Assembly: GCF_001412615.1 (NCBI RefSeq)
Contig: NZ_CP013011.1
Span: forward strand, 930,001-962,000
DNA: 32,000 bases
Direction of reading: 5' to 3'
Source: Pyrodictium delaneyi
GTDB taxonomy: Archaea > Thermoproteota > Thermoprotei_A > Sulfolobales > Pyrodictiaceae
The notes beneath the pieces were generated by a model. That model did no database searches and had not been told where the DNA came from. It was given only the letters and a program-made list of their open reading frames with translations. A program made the position numbers and the translations under genes. Shown piece by piece: positions 5,523 to 13,322 of the stretch (its first letter is position 1; every line of letters starts with the position of its first letter).

Positions 5523-8339
5523 CTAGCCTTCTTCACTCTCTTCATTCTCGGCTTCATTATTTTCCTCGGTACTAGCAGATGCCTTCTTACCGTGTTCTTC
5601 GCGCTCCTCACTCATGTTGTTCGCAGGTAGCTGCAGCTGTTCTTGCACATTATCTAGTATCTGTTGCGCCTGGTCTAGTAGTGTGCGTGCTTGTGCCACT
5701 AAGCTCTGAGCTGTCGCAGCATCTCCGTTATCTAGAGCTTCCTTTGCCTGGTATAGCAGACTAGTGGCATTGTCTACCAACTTAGCTGCTTCATTCACCA
5801 TATTTGCCAAGGTTTCGTTGGCAGTCACTATTGGCTCTAACTTGTATATGCGTTCGCGTAGATGTTCAGCTCTCTCCAGCAGATTCTCTATATCGTTCTC
5901 TAGGTTTGTAGCATAGTAGTTGCTATTTACTTCAAGAAGTTGCTTAGCTTCCTTCAGATACTCTGCTGCATCATCGATTTCACTCTGAGCTTCTTCAACT
6001 AGCTCTCTAGCTTTTTCGATGTCACCTACTGCTAGGCTATCGTTTGCTAGTGAGAGTAATGTCTTTGCTTTCTCAAGACTATTCTGTGCCTCTGCTAAAT
6101 ACTCGTAGATATCTGCTAGGTCTGACGTATCGTTGATAGATTCAAGGCTCTGTAACTGTTGTGTTATATTCGTTACCTGTTGCTCAAGCACAGTTATTCT
6201 CTGGTATAGGTTACCAATCTTAGCACTTAGCCATGCTGTGATGTTAGTGTAGTTACCCTGCTGTATTTGTTGCGTCTGATTGCTCATACTAACGGTCTCG
6301 CCATATTCTTCACTATACTCTTCTTCATATTCTTCACTAGCCTCGCTATTAGCTTCCTTCTTCTCCTCTATCTTTTCCTTCGCCTCTTCTTTCTTTTCTT
6401 CGACCTTTTCTTTGGCTTCTTCTTTCTTCTCTTCAGCCTCCTTCTTGGCCTCTTCCGCTTTCTCCTCGTGATCTTCCTTGTGGTAGCTCTTTTCTGCAAT
6501 CTTTATTGCATTCATATACATATTTGCTATCTGGATAGTTAGCTGTGCCTTGAAGAGAGCTTCGCCCGCCTTCTCAAGCGCTTCAGTGTATAGTTCAAGT
6601 GCTTCTGCTATGTTGCCTTTCGCGAATTCCTCCTGCGCTTGCTTCATATACTCTAGTGCTTCGTGTAGCTCCTCTTGAGCATCATGTAGCTCGTCTAGAG
6701 CCTCCTCCCGTGCCTCCGTATCGTTTATCTTGTATATAGCTTGTACTGCCTGGTTTATCGCCTGCTCAGCTTCCCTTATCTTGGCCTCCACTCTCACCTT
6801 TAGCGCAGCAATAGTCTCATTGCTGATACCAGTCTGCCATTGCTTCTCCTTCTCAGGCTTTTCTTCTCCCTGACGCTGCGCAGTGACCATCATTGCTAGG
6901 TAGGCGTGCACCTTGCCGACATACCTCTCGGCCTCTGCTAGACTCCTTTCCACGTCGTCGAGTAGCTTTACCACCTTGACTAGGTCACCTTGCTCTAGCG
7001 CTACACGGGCCTCTGCAAGTGTCGCGTTAGCATCGATTAGCTCCTCCATTGCATCATGTAGTAGATCAAGTGCTTTAGGATCGCTGGTTACGTTCATTAA
7101 CATAGTTATCTCTGCTTCTAGTGTGCTTATCCTCGCCGCCAACCTGTCTATTCTAGCCGCGAACGCTACCTTGACTGCCTCAGCTGCAGTGTTTGTAGCG
7201 TTCACACCCGCCTTAGCGTATATCTTGGCTGCGGTCATTACCTGCTGTACCGTCTCGTTCGCGCCAGTCATACTCTTCAGAGCAGTCTGCACCATGTTCT
7301 GCACTTCGGGATCGGCTTCCATCTGCTGAAGCCTTACACGCACCTGCTCTAGCAGTTTGAGAGCCTTAGCTAGGCTCTCCTGAAGCTGCTTCATGTACTG
7401 ACCTATGTCAGTCACGTTGGTAGCATTAACCATTTGTAGTAGTCGAGTCATAGTAGCATTGTCTATCTGCATAGCCAACATGAAAGCCTTGTGAGCCTCT
7501 ATTCTGGCTACCACCTGTTTCATGAGCTGCGTCACGTTCTCTGCAGTATAGTTGCCGAGCCGGGTCATGTTCCTGAGCTGCTCAGCTAGCTGTACCAGCT
7601 CAGTGTCATTCAGCTGGTGAGCCATTTCCTCTACAGTCTCGGCTATCCGCTCCATGACGCGCTGTTGTATCCTCTCCCTCACTTTCTCAGCAACTTTTTC
7701 TGTCATCTCCTTTATCCGCTCCACTACGATCTTGTGTGCCACCACTACCTCGTGTAACAGCTGCAAGACCTGCTCATCGGTCATGTTGTCTAGCTGCTGG
7801 GTAGTAACTGTCACAGCATTGTATATCGCTACTGCTTGCTCGGGTGTCACGTTTAGAACCGTTGCTATTTGCTCGGGTGTCGCGTTGAGCAGGCCTAGAC
7901 CTGCTAGCGCGCTGCGCACCATGCTACTGTATATCATTACTAGTGCGCGCGCCTCGCCAGGCGTCACGTTGGTTAGATGTGTGAACGTCATATCAAATGT
8001 AGTACCTGGAGTGGATACTGATACACTCACGGTCACGTTCACTGTTACGGTCTCATTGCTTGCTGTTGTCTCAGCAGCCGTTGTTGTCTCGACTACAGCG
8101 TTTGTTGTATTCATTTCCTGGGTGGTATTCGTCTCTGTTAGATTCACAGCCACAGCAGTTACTGTGAGGTTGGTATCTGTAGTATTATCTAGGGTAGTAT
8201 TTGTCGCCATTGTGTTTGTGTCCTCGGCTGCCGCGATGGTTGTTAGTAGTGGCGAAACACTGCTAATCATTAACAACATTATGAATCCTAGAGCGAGCAT
8301 ACGGAGCATGTTTATGTTGTATGCCTGGGTCCGGGTCAT
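5523..8339 (-). CDS. large secreted or surface glycoprotein candidate: signal/anchor segment, Thr/Asn/Val-rich region, ~750 aa of helical-repeat/coiled-coil sequence, acidic tail
   Basis: The maximal ORF is 5523-8408 (TTG start). I prefer ATG 8339 (MTRTQAYNINMLRMLALGFIMLLMISSVSPLLTTIAAAED) because GGTGAG lies ~8 nt upstream. There is an N-terminal hydrophobic segment and about 34 N-x-S/T sequons by hand count. Long E/K/A/L/Q-rich helical sequence follows, then a C-terminal acidic tail (EENNEAENEESEEG). No C-terminal TM segment. Confidence 0.85.
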   Translation of the reverse strand: MTRTQAYNINMLRMLALGFIMLLMISSVSPLLTTIAAAEDTNTMATNTTLDNTTDTNLTVTAVAVNLTETNTTQEMNTTNAVVETTTAAETTASNETVTVNVTVSVSVSTPGTTFDMTFTHLTNVTPGEARALVMIYSSMVRSALAGLGLLNATPEQIATVLNVTPEQAVAIYNAVTVTTQQLDNMTDEQVLQLLHEVVVAHKIVVERIKEMTEKVAEKVRERIQQRVMERIAETVEEMAHQLNDTELVQLAEQLRNMTRLGNYTAENVTQLMKQVVARIEAHKAFMLAMQIDNATMTRLLQMVNATNVTDIGQYMKQLQESLAKALKLLEQVRVRLQQMEADPEVQNMVQTALKSMTGANETVQQVMTAAKIYAKAGVNATNTAAEAVKVAFAARIDRLAARISTLEAEITMLMNVTSDPKALDLLHDAMEELIDANATLAEARVALEQGDLVKVVKLLDDVERSLAEAERYVGKVHAYLAMMVTAQRQGEEKPEKEKQWQTGISNETIAALKVRVEAKIREAEQAINQAVQAIYKINDTEAREEALDELHDAQEELHEALEYMKQAQEEFAKGNIAEALELYTEALEKAGEALFKAQLTIQIANMYMNAIKIAEKSYHKEDHEEKAEEAKKEAEEKKEEAKEKVEEKKEEAKEKIEEKKEANSEASEEYEEEYSEEYGETVSMSNQTQQIQQGNYTNITAWLSAKIGNLYQRITVLEQQVTNITQQLQSLESINDTSDLADIYEYLAEAQNSLEKAKTLLSLANDSLAVGDIEKARELVEEAQSEIDDAAEYLKEAKQLLEVNSNYYATNLENDIENLLERAEHLRERIYKLEPIVTANETLANMVNEAAKLVDNATSLLYQAKEALDNGDAATAQSLVAQARTLLDQAQQILDNVQEQLQLPANNMSEEREEHGKKASASTEENNEAENEESEEG
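6351..6489 (-). repeat. in-frame Lys/Glu-rich low-complexity segment with a tandem 11-residue (33-nt) repeat
   Basis: Encodes HKEDHEEKAEEAKKEA-EEKKEEAKEKV-EEKKEEAKEKI-EEKKEA. The plus strand is a CTT/TTC-rich run. An EEY x3 stretch follows (SEEYEEEYSEEY, about 6303-6335). Confidence 0.8.
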
Positions 8340-8422
8340 TGTTCTCACCGTCTGTGCCCCAGGAGTCAGTAGGGGGCTCTGGCTCTCAAAAGGGGGAGGC
8401 CGGGACAACGAGAATTCACAGT

Positions 8423-8471
8423 GTTTCGTATGCTGTGAAACAAAGCTTTGGTTTCAGAAACTAACTGAAAC
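8423..8471. promoter_or_regulatory. cluster of five GAAAC/GTTTC pentamers with dyad symmetry in the divergent intergenic region
   Basis: GTTTC at 8423-8427 and 8451-8455. GAAAC at 8437-8441, 8457-8461 and 8467-8471. The cluster includes the perfect 11-nt palindrome GTTTCAGAAAC (8451-8461) and TGAAAC-N9-GTTTCA (8436-8456) around AAAGCTTT. It sits immediately upstream of the TATA-like TTAAAAG at 8481-8487. Confidence 0.4.
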
Positions 8472-8671
8472 ACTAATGTCTTAAAAGATGGGGCTGGTAA
8501 GGGGGCATGGCAGCTCGTGGAAAGCCCCTAACCCGGAGGGGCGTGCCGGCAGCGGAACCGCGTAATACTAGTCCCTGGGGTTACTAGGCCCCCTTGGGGG
8601 TCTGGGTGCTGGCACGCCCGTGCAGTAACCCGAGTAGAGATCGATGATCCCCAAACCGGAGGAGGATAGTC

Positions 8672-9892
8672 ATGCAGGCTGTAAGATCCCGTGTAATAGT
8701 TGTCTCTGCAGCTCTACTGGCAGTAGCTATGATAATCCAGCTAGGAACAATCCATGCAGAAGCCGAGCTAACCAACGTGCCGGTTGTTACCATAGGCGGC
8801 GACGGTGTTGTAACTGTAGAGGTTAAAGGGTATGCTGAGCCTGGTCTCAACGAATACCCAGCGCCAGTACCAGCTATACCCGCTACTATAGAGGCGCGGC
8901 TTGATGGCGAGATAGTACCCGCTATCTACTCTAACAACAGTGTATTCATAGCGACCTCCACGAGCGGCAACGTCTCTATACGCTATATAGCCGACGTAGC
9001 CGAGGTTAACGGCATATTAGCGTTCAACATAACATACGATGGACTCGTAAAGCTCTACATAAGCCCCGGTGTTGTGCTTCTCGACCTCCCCCAGGGCCTG
9101 GTAAACGCTACTAGCAGTGGGGGCGCGCTGATACTTTACGTCAAGGGGCCTAGCACTGTACAGTACATCGTAGCAGCACCTGCGCCAGCACCAGCTGTAA
9201 CGACCACGACAACTACAACGACCCAGACAGAGACTACACCGACAACGACCACTACAGCTACGGTAACTGCTACAGCCACGACAACACCAACAGAGACTAC
9301 AACCACAGCAGTGACGACTACGACAAGCCCTCCACAGACACAGGAGACGACAACCACTCAGACAACGACTACACAAATTACAGAAACAGTTACTGAGACA
9401 GAAACTTCGCCAACAGAGACCACAACAACCACCACAACTCACATTGAGACAGAGACTACGGCTGCAACAACAGCCACTATGCCTGCTGCTACATCAACTG
9501 CACCAGCCGCAACAGCAGCTGAAGAGACGAGAGGCGGTACCTCCATACTACCGATAGTAGCTGTCATAATAGTTGTCGCTGCCATCGGCGGCTACATGGT
9601 GTTGCGAAGGGGAAATTTTCGTAGCGGGGGCGTAGGCTCTCCCGCATCACTCCAAGTAGTCTCCGGCGCTACCCTCGACGACGTAGACCGGCTAATACTC
9701 CGTAAACTACGTGAACACGGCGGCTCGATGCTGCAAAGTCAACTGCTGAGAGAGACCGGGATACCGAAGACCACGCTATGGAGACACGTGAGGAGGCTAG
9801 CAGAGCAAGGCTACATCAAGATAGAAAAGGAAGGTAAGTCCAATAGGCTGACGCTAGTAAGGGAGCCGCCAGATGAAAACCAACGGAAGTAG
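8672..9892 (+). CDS. membrane-tethered winged-helix-turn-helix regulator: signal peptide, extracellular domain, Thr-rich stalk, single TM helix, cytoplasmic wHTH
   Basis: ATG 8672 with GGAGGAGG 8 nt upstream. Signal-like N-terminus MQAVRSRVIVVSAALLAVAMIIQLGTIHAEA. A ~140-aa beta-rich domain carries 4 sequons. The Thr-rich linker spans aa ~169-287. TM helix SILPIVAVIIVVAAIGGYMVL followed by RRG. C-terminal MarR/TrmB-like wHTH: LILRKLREHGGSMLQSQLLRETGIPKTTLWRHVRRLAEQGYIKIEKEGKSNRLTLV. Confidence 0.85.
   Translation: MQAVRSRVIVVSAALLAVAMIIQLGTIHAEAELTNVPVVTIGGDGVVTVEVKGYAEPGLNEYPAPVPAIPATIEARLDGEIVPAIYSNNSVFIATSTSGNVSIRYIADVAEVNGILAFNITYDGLVKLYISPGVVLLDLPQGLVNATSSGGALILYVKGPSTVQYIVAAPAPAPAVTTTTTTTTQTETTPTTTTTATVTATATTTPTETTTTAVTTTTSPPQTQETTTTQTTTTQITETVTETETSPTETTTTTTTHIETETTAATTATMPAATSTAPAATAAEETRGGTSILPIVAVIIVVAAIGGYMVLRRGNFRSGGVGSPASLQVVSGATLDDVDRLILRKLREHGGSMLQSQLLRETGIPKTTLWRHVRRLAEQGYIKIEKEGKSNRLTLVREPPDENQRK
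9176..9532 (+). repeat. in-frame Thr-codon (ACN) low-complexity region encoding the Thr-rich stalk
   Basis: Runs of ACx codons (TTTTTTTTQTETTPTTTTT...). The unit ACAGAGACTAC (T-E-T-T) recurs three times. The region produces spurious Cys/Val-rich antisense ORFs at 9017-9442 and 9136-9357. Confidence 0.85.
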
Positions 9893-9966
9893 CGTAAGCT
9901 ACGTGTACCGATTTTCCGCATTCCGCAACTAATATGAGTCTTTTTCCATAAAATTGATTAAGGAGT

Positions 9967-10764
9967 TTATGCCAGCTTGTATCCTCTTAGCCTTTCTGGG
10001 AGCTTACGTACCTCCAGAGGACTCTTCATTGCCCAGGTGCCTATTAGTAGAGCATCTGCCCCAGCTTGTGCCAGACTTACAGCCTTCTCAGCACTATCTA
10101 TGCTACTTTCTGCAACAAGTAGTGCAGCAGTAGGTTTGCGGGCTGATGCCTTGGTTATCTCTTGGAGGAGACGCTGGTAGCTTATCTCTAGGGTTTCTAG
10201 GTTTCGTGCATTTATCCCGACTAGTGCCTCTGGGTAGGTGTGCATGGTCTCTACCGCGTCTTCCGCGTTGTTGGTCTCTATGAGTACCTCTAAGCCCAGG
10301 CTTCTCGCCTCCTGGTAGAGCGTGTCGAGCTGTTTCCAGCCGAGCATGTCCAATATGAGGAGTACAGCTGAGGCGCTAGCGCGCCGGTACTCCTCCAGCT
10401 GGGCCCGCGATGAGGCGAAATCCTTGGCTAGCACGGGACGGTACCGGGCGAAGAAGGCAACGAGTTCGGTGCTGCCACAGAACCAGTAGGGCTCTACGAG
10501 CACCGAGTAGGCGTCCGCGGCGGGCAGTGTTGCCTCTAGGTAGCTCCAGGGCGTGTGGTAGGCTACGAAGCCTCGGGGGCTGCACCGTTTATACTCGATT
10601 ATCAGTGCTGGTCTCTTCTCCTGCTGGACGGTGTGCTCTACTGCTTGGCGAAGGCTCATCGGCTCCGGGGGTGATGATAGTAGCTCTGTCCGTTCCCGGC
10701 TCCGCTTGTAGGCTTCCGCTAGGAAGCCCCTGGGGATGTGCTCCATGTTCTCTTGCCTCACCAT
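9967..10764 (-). CDS. trpC: indole-3-glycerol-phosphate synthase
   Basis: ALIIEYKRCSPRG motif (E-x-K-x-x-SP), TIM-barrel length (265 aa), last gene of the trp operon. Overlaps trpG by 7 nt. Confidence 0.88.
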   Translation of the reverse strand: MVRQENMEHIPRGFLAEAYKRSRERTELLSSPPEPMSLRQAVEHTVQQEKRPALIIEYKRCSPRGFVAYHTPWSYLEATLPAADAYSVLVEPYWFCGSTELVAFFARYRPVLAKDFASSRAQLEEYRRASASAVLLILDMLGWKQLDTLYQEARSLGLEVLIETNNAEDAVETMHTYPEALVGINARNLETLEISYQRLLQEITKASARKPTAALLVAESSIDSAEKAVSLAQAGADALLIGTWAMKSPLEVRKLPERLRGYKLA

Positions 10765-11348
10765 GGGTCGTCTAGGAAGTTGCGTAGTATCCTGGGTCCT
10801 GTGGGCGATGCTACGCTCTCGGGGTGGAACTGTACTCCGTGGACGGGGTACTCGACGTGCCTTAGCCCCATTATCTCGCCGTCGCTCCGGCTCCGGGCCG
10901 TGACCTCAAGGTGCTCTGGTGGATCGCCTACGACTAGGCTGTGGTAGCGGACCGCAGTGAAGACTCGGGGGACGCCGCGGTAGAGCCTGTTCCCGTAGTG
11001 TTCTATCACGTCTAGCTTCCCGTGCATTATCCTGCGAGCACGGCGTATCTTGGCACCGTAGGCCACTCCGACTACCTGGTGGCCCATACAGACGCCTAGT
11101 ATCGGGATGCGGGGGCCGAGGCGGCGGACTAGCTCCACTGATATGCCTACGTCGCGTTTTACCAGCGGGTTACCGGGGCCTGGCGATATTATGATCCTGT
11201 CCGGGTTTATTCTCTCGACACCTGAGATTGTTATCTCATCGTTCCTCACCACTATGCTGCGGGCGCCCTGCTCGGCAAGAACGTGCACCAGGTTGTAGAC
11301 GAAGCTGTCGTAATTATCTATTATGAGGACGAGTGTGTCGTAGGCCAA
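10758..11348 (-). CDS. trpG: anthranilate synthase component II (glutamine amidotransferase)
   Basis: LIIDNYDSFVYNLV, catalytic Cys in GVCMGHQ, and the His motif in FHPES. 196 aa. Confidence 0.93.
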   Translation of the reverse strand: MAYDTLVLIIDNYDSFVYNLVHVLAEQGARSIVVRNDEITISGVERINPDRIIISPGPGNPLVKRDVGISVELVRRLGPRIPILGVCMGHQVVGVAYGAKIRRARRIMHGKLDVIEHYGNRLYRGVPRVFTAVRYHSLVVGDPPEHLEVTARSRSDGEIMGLRHVEYPVHGVQFHPESVASPTGPRILRNFLDDPW

Positions 11349-11367
11349 GGGTCTCCTAACCCCCTCT

Positions 11368-12660
11368 CTACTCTACGCCTAGAGCACGACGTATCGCAGC
11401 CAGCTTGTGGTGTGTCTCCATGTACTCCCGCTCGGGCCGGGAGTCGTAGACTATGCCGGCGCCCGCTCGTGTCTCCACCGTCGAGTCGTCTATGCTCCAT
11501 ATGCTCCTTATCACTATGGCTGTCTCGCCAGCATAGCCTGCATAGACGCCTGCAGCCCCTGCATAGGGCCCCCGGGGGCTGTCCTCAAGACGCGCAATTG
11601 TCTCCATAGCGCGCGGCTTAGGGGCACCTGAAACCGTACCCGCAGGATTCACCGCTGCTAGCACGGTCGCATAGTCTACGCCAGGGAGCGCCACCGCCTC
11701 TACACGGCTAACTATGTGCTGCACCGCGCTATACTTCTCTATGTCCATGAACCGGGTCACTCTTACTGTGCCTGGGGCTGCGTAGCGACCCAGGTCGTTG
11801 CGAGCCAGGTCCACCAGCATGAGGTGCTCAGCTTGCTCCTTCTCGTCCCGGAGTAGCTCCTCCTCAAGCGCGAGATCCTCTTCCGGCGTCTTGCCTCGCG
11901 GCCTCGTCCCGGCTATTGGGTGCGTCTCTAGCCGGCCGTTCTCCATCCGGACGAGCAGCTCTGGGCTAGACCCCGCTATCCAGCGCTCCCCGAGCCTCAT
12001 GTAGAACATGTAGGGCGACGGATTCCCGTCCGCAAGCCGGCTATAGAGCGCTATGGGCCTCCCCTTGTACTCGTAGCGCTCCAGCCGGGAGAGCACCACT
12101 TGGAGGAACTCACCTCTCGCCAGCAGCTCGATAGCCTCTCGGACCCAGGCCTCGAACGCTTGACGAGGTGTCTCCTCGACGGGGCCTCGGGCCCTGACCC
12201 AGCCGTCTATGCTCTGCTCGCCGATCTCAGCGTCTCCCGGACATATTGTTACATGTCCACGTGCATTATCATAGACTACGAGTGTCTCCGGCTCAAAGAC
12301 CGCTACTACAGGCCACGAATGCTGCTTCAGTATGGGTGCTAGCCACGGCTCAGCTGCTGCTACCGCCTCGTAGCCGACTACACCGAACACCATATTCCGG
12401 CATGGTATACTGGTACATTCGCTCCCGGCGACCCGCCGTAAAGCGTTGTAAGCCTCTAGAGGGTTGTACTCCTCTACCACCTGGCGGGCGCCATAGGCTA
12501 CTATCGTGTAGCGAGCCTTCTCGCTAGGCCCGCTACCGCTCTCTAGGAGCGCGACGTACCCGGTGCGCTCCTCTGCCCAGGCTGCGAGGCGGCGAGACTC
12601 TGGCGCCTTAGAGAGGGGTATACGGCGACAGTCTTGCCACATGAAGTCTGCTAGCTGCAT
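11368..12660 (-). CDS. trpE: anthranilate synthase component I
   Basis: Chorismate-binding signatures AGTVSGAPKPRAMETI, PRGPYAGAAG and AGAGIVYDS. 430 aa. Confidence 0.93.
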   Translation of the reverse strand: MQLADFMWQDCRRIPLSKAPESRRLAAWAEERTGYVALLESGSGPSEKARYTIVAYGARQVVEEYNPLEAYNALRRVAGSECTSIPCRNMVFGVVGYEAVAAAEPWLAPILKQHSWPVVAVFEPETLVVYDNARGHVTICPGDAEIGEQSIDGWVRARGPVEETPRQAFEAWVREAIELLARGEFLQVVLSRLERYEYKGRPIALYSRLADGNPSPYMFYMRLGERWIAGSSPELLVRMENGRLETHPIAGTRPRGKTPEEDLALEEELLRDEKEQAEHLMLVDLARNDLGRYAAPGTVRVTRFMDIEKYSAVQHIVSRVEAVALPGVDYATVLAAVNPAGTVSGAPKPRAMETIARLEDSPRGPYAGAAGVYAGYAGETAIVIRSIWSIDDSTVETRAGAGIVYDSRPEREYMETHHKLAAIRRALGVE

Positions 12661-13322
12661 TGCCCGAGCACCTCTATCAGCTGCTTCACCTTCTCTAGAT
12701 CCTTGCGGCCAGGCTCGGCCTCAACACCACTACTCACATCAATCATGTAGACCCCGGTAGAAGCTGCTAGGCAGACGTTACCTGGATCTATGCCGCCAGC
12801 TGCCGCTGCGCGTTCTGTACAACTGACGGCACGACAGTAGGCGTCGAGAGGGACCCTTAGCCCGGCCCGGTAGCGCTTCTTGAGAGTCTTCAAGGCATCT
12901 ACGAGGAGGTACTCATGGACCGGTACGGCTTGTGCTACGCTGCAGGGGTCAGGGGCTAGTCTTTCTCCATTCCATAGCGAGACGGGGGCCAGTCCCATGC
13001 CTAGCTCCTCTAGACCGGTTGCCAGACTTTCCAGCTCTCCTGGGTTGGCAGGCTGGTGATACTGGAGCACGTGGAACACCTCTAGCCTCGCCGCCAGGTC
13101 TAGGGCCTCATGCGGTGTATAGCCGTGAGCTACGAGGACGCGACGGCTCTTTGCTACAGTCTCCACGAGGTCGCGGGCCTTGCTGGGTTCGAGCACTCTG
13201 GGCGACACCTTCTCTCTGGCTACTATGAAGCCGAGGTAGTCGGCTAGCCCGTCAAGCGCTTCGACGTCGTCTCTACGTGTGAGCCCGCATATCTTCAGCT
13301 TTGGCCGCAGCATTGCTGACAA
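12651..13322 (-). CDS. trpF: phosphoribosylanthranilate isomerase
   Basis: LKICGLTR N-terminal motif, 223 aa, position between trpD and trpE. Overlaps both neighbours. An alternative ATG lies at 13313. Confidence 0.85.
   Translation of the reverse strand: MSAMLRPKLKICGLTRRDDVEALDGLADYLGFIVAREKVSPRVLEPSKARDLVETVAKSRRVLVAHGYTPHEALDLAARLEVFHVLQYHQPANPGELESLATGLEELGMGLAPVSLWNGERLAPDPCSVAQAVPVHEYLLVDALKTLKKRYRAGLRVPLDAYCRAVSCTERAAAAGGIDPGNVCLAASTGVYMIDVSSGVEAEPGRKDLEKVKQLIEVLGQCS

Noticed and set aside
7654-8484. 276-aa plus-strand ORF (with 6913-7329, 6267-6542 and 6280-6471) lying antisense to the large surface-protein gene
   Set aside because: These ORFs are entirely antisense to a much longer ORF that has coherent domain structure. 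Their translations are low-complexity mirror images (Ser/Thr/Val/Cys- or Phe/Leu/Ser-rich) of the Glu/Lys/Thr-rich sense frame. They have no start-site context.
9017-9442. Cys-rich 141-aa and Val-rich 73-aa minus-strand ORFs
   Set aside because: They lie antisense to the ACN-codon Thr-rich linker of the wHTH gene. Reading the complement of a Thr-codon run gives GTN/TGN codons (Val/Cys), so these ORFs are a compositional artefact.
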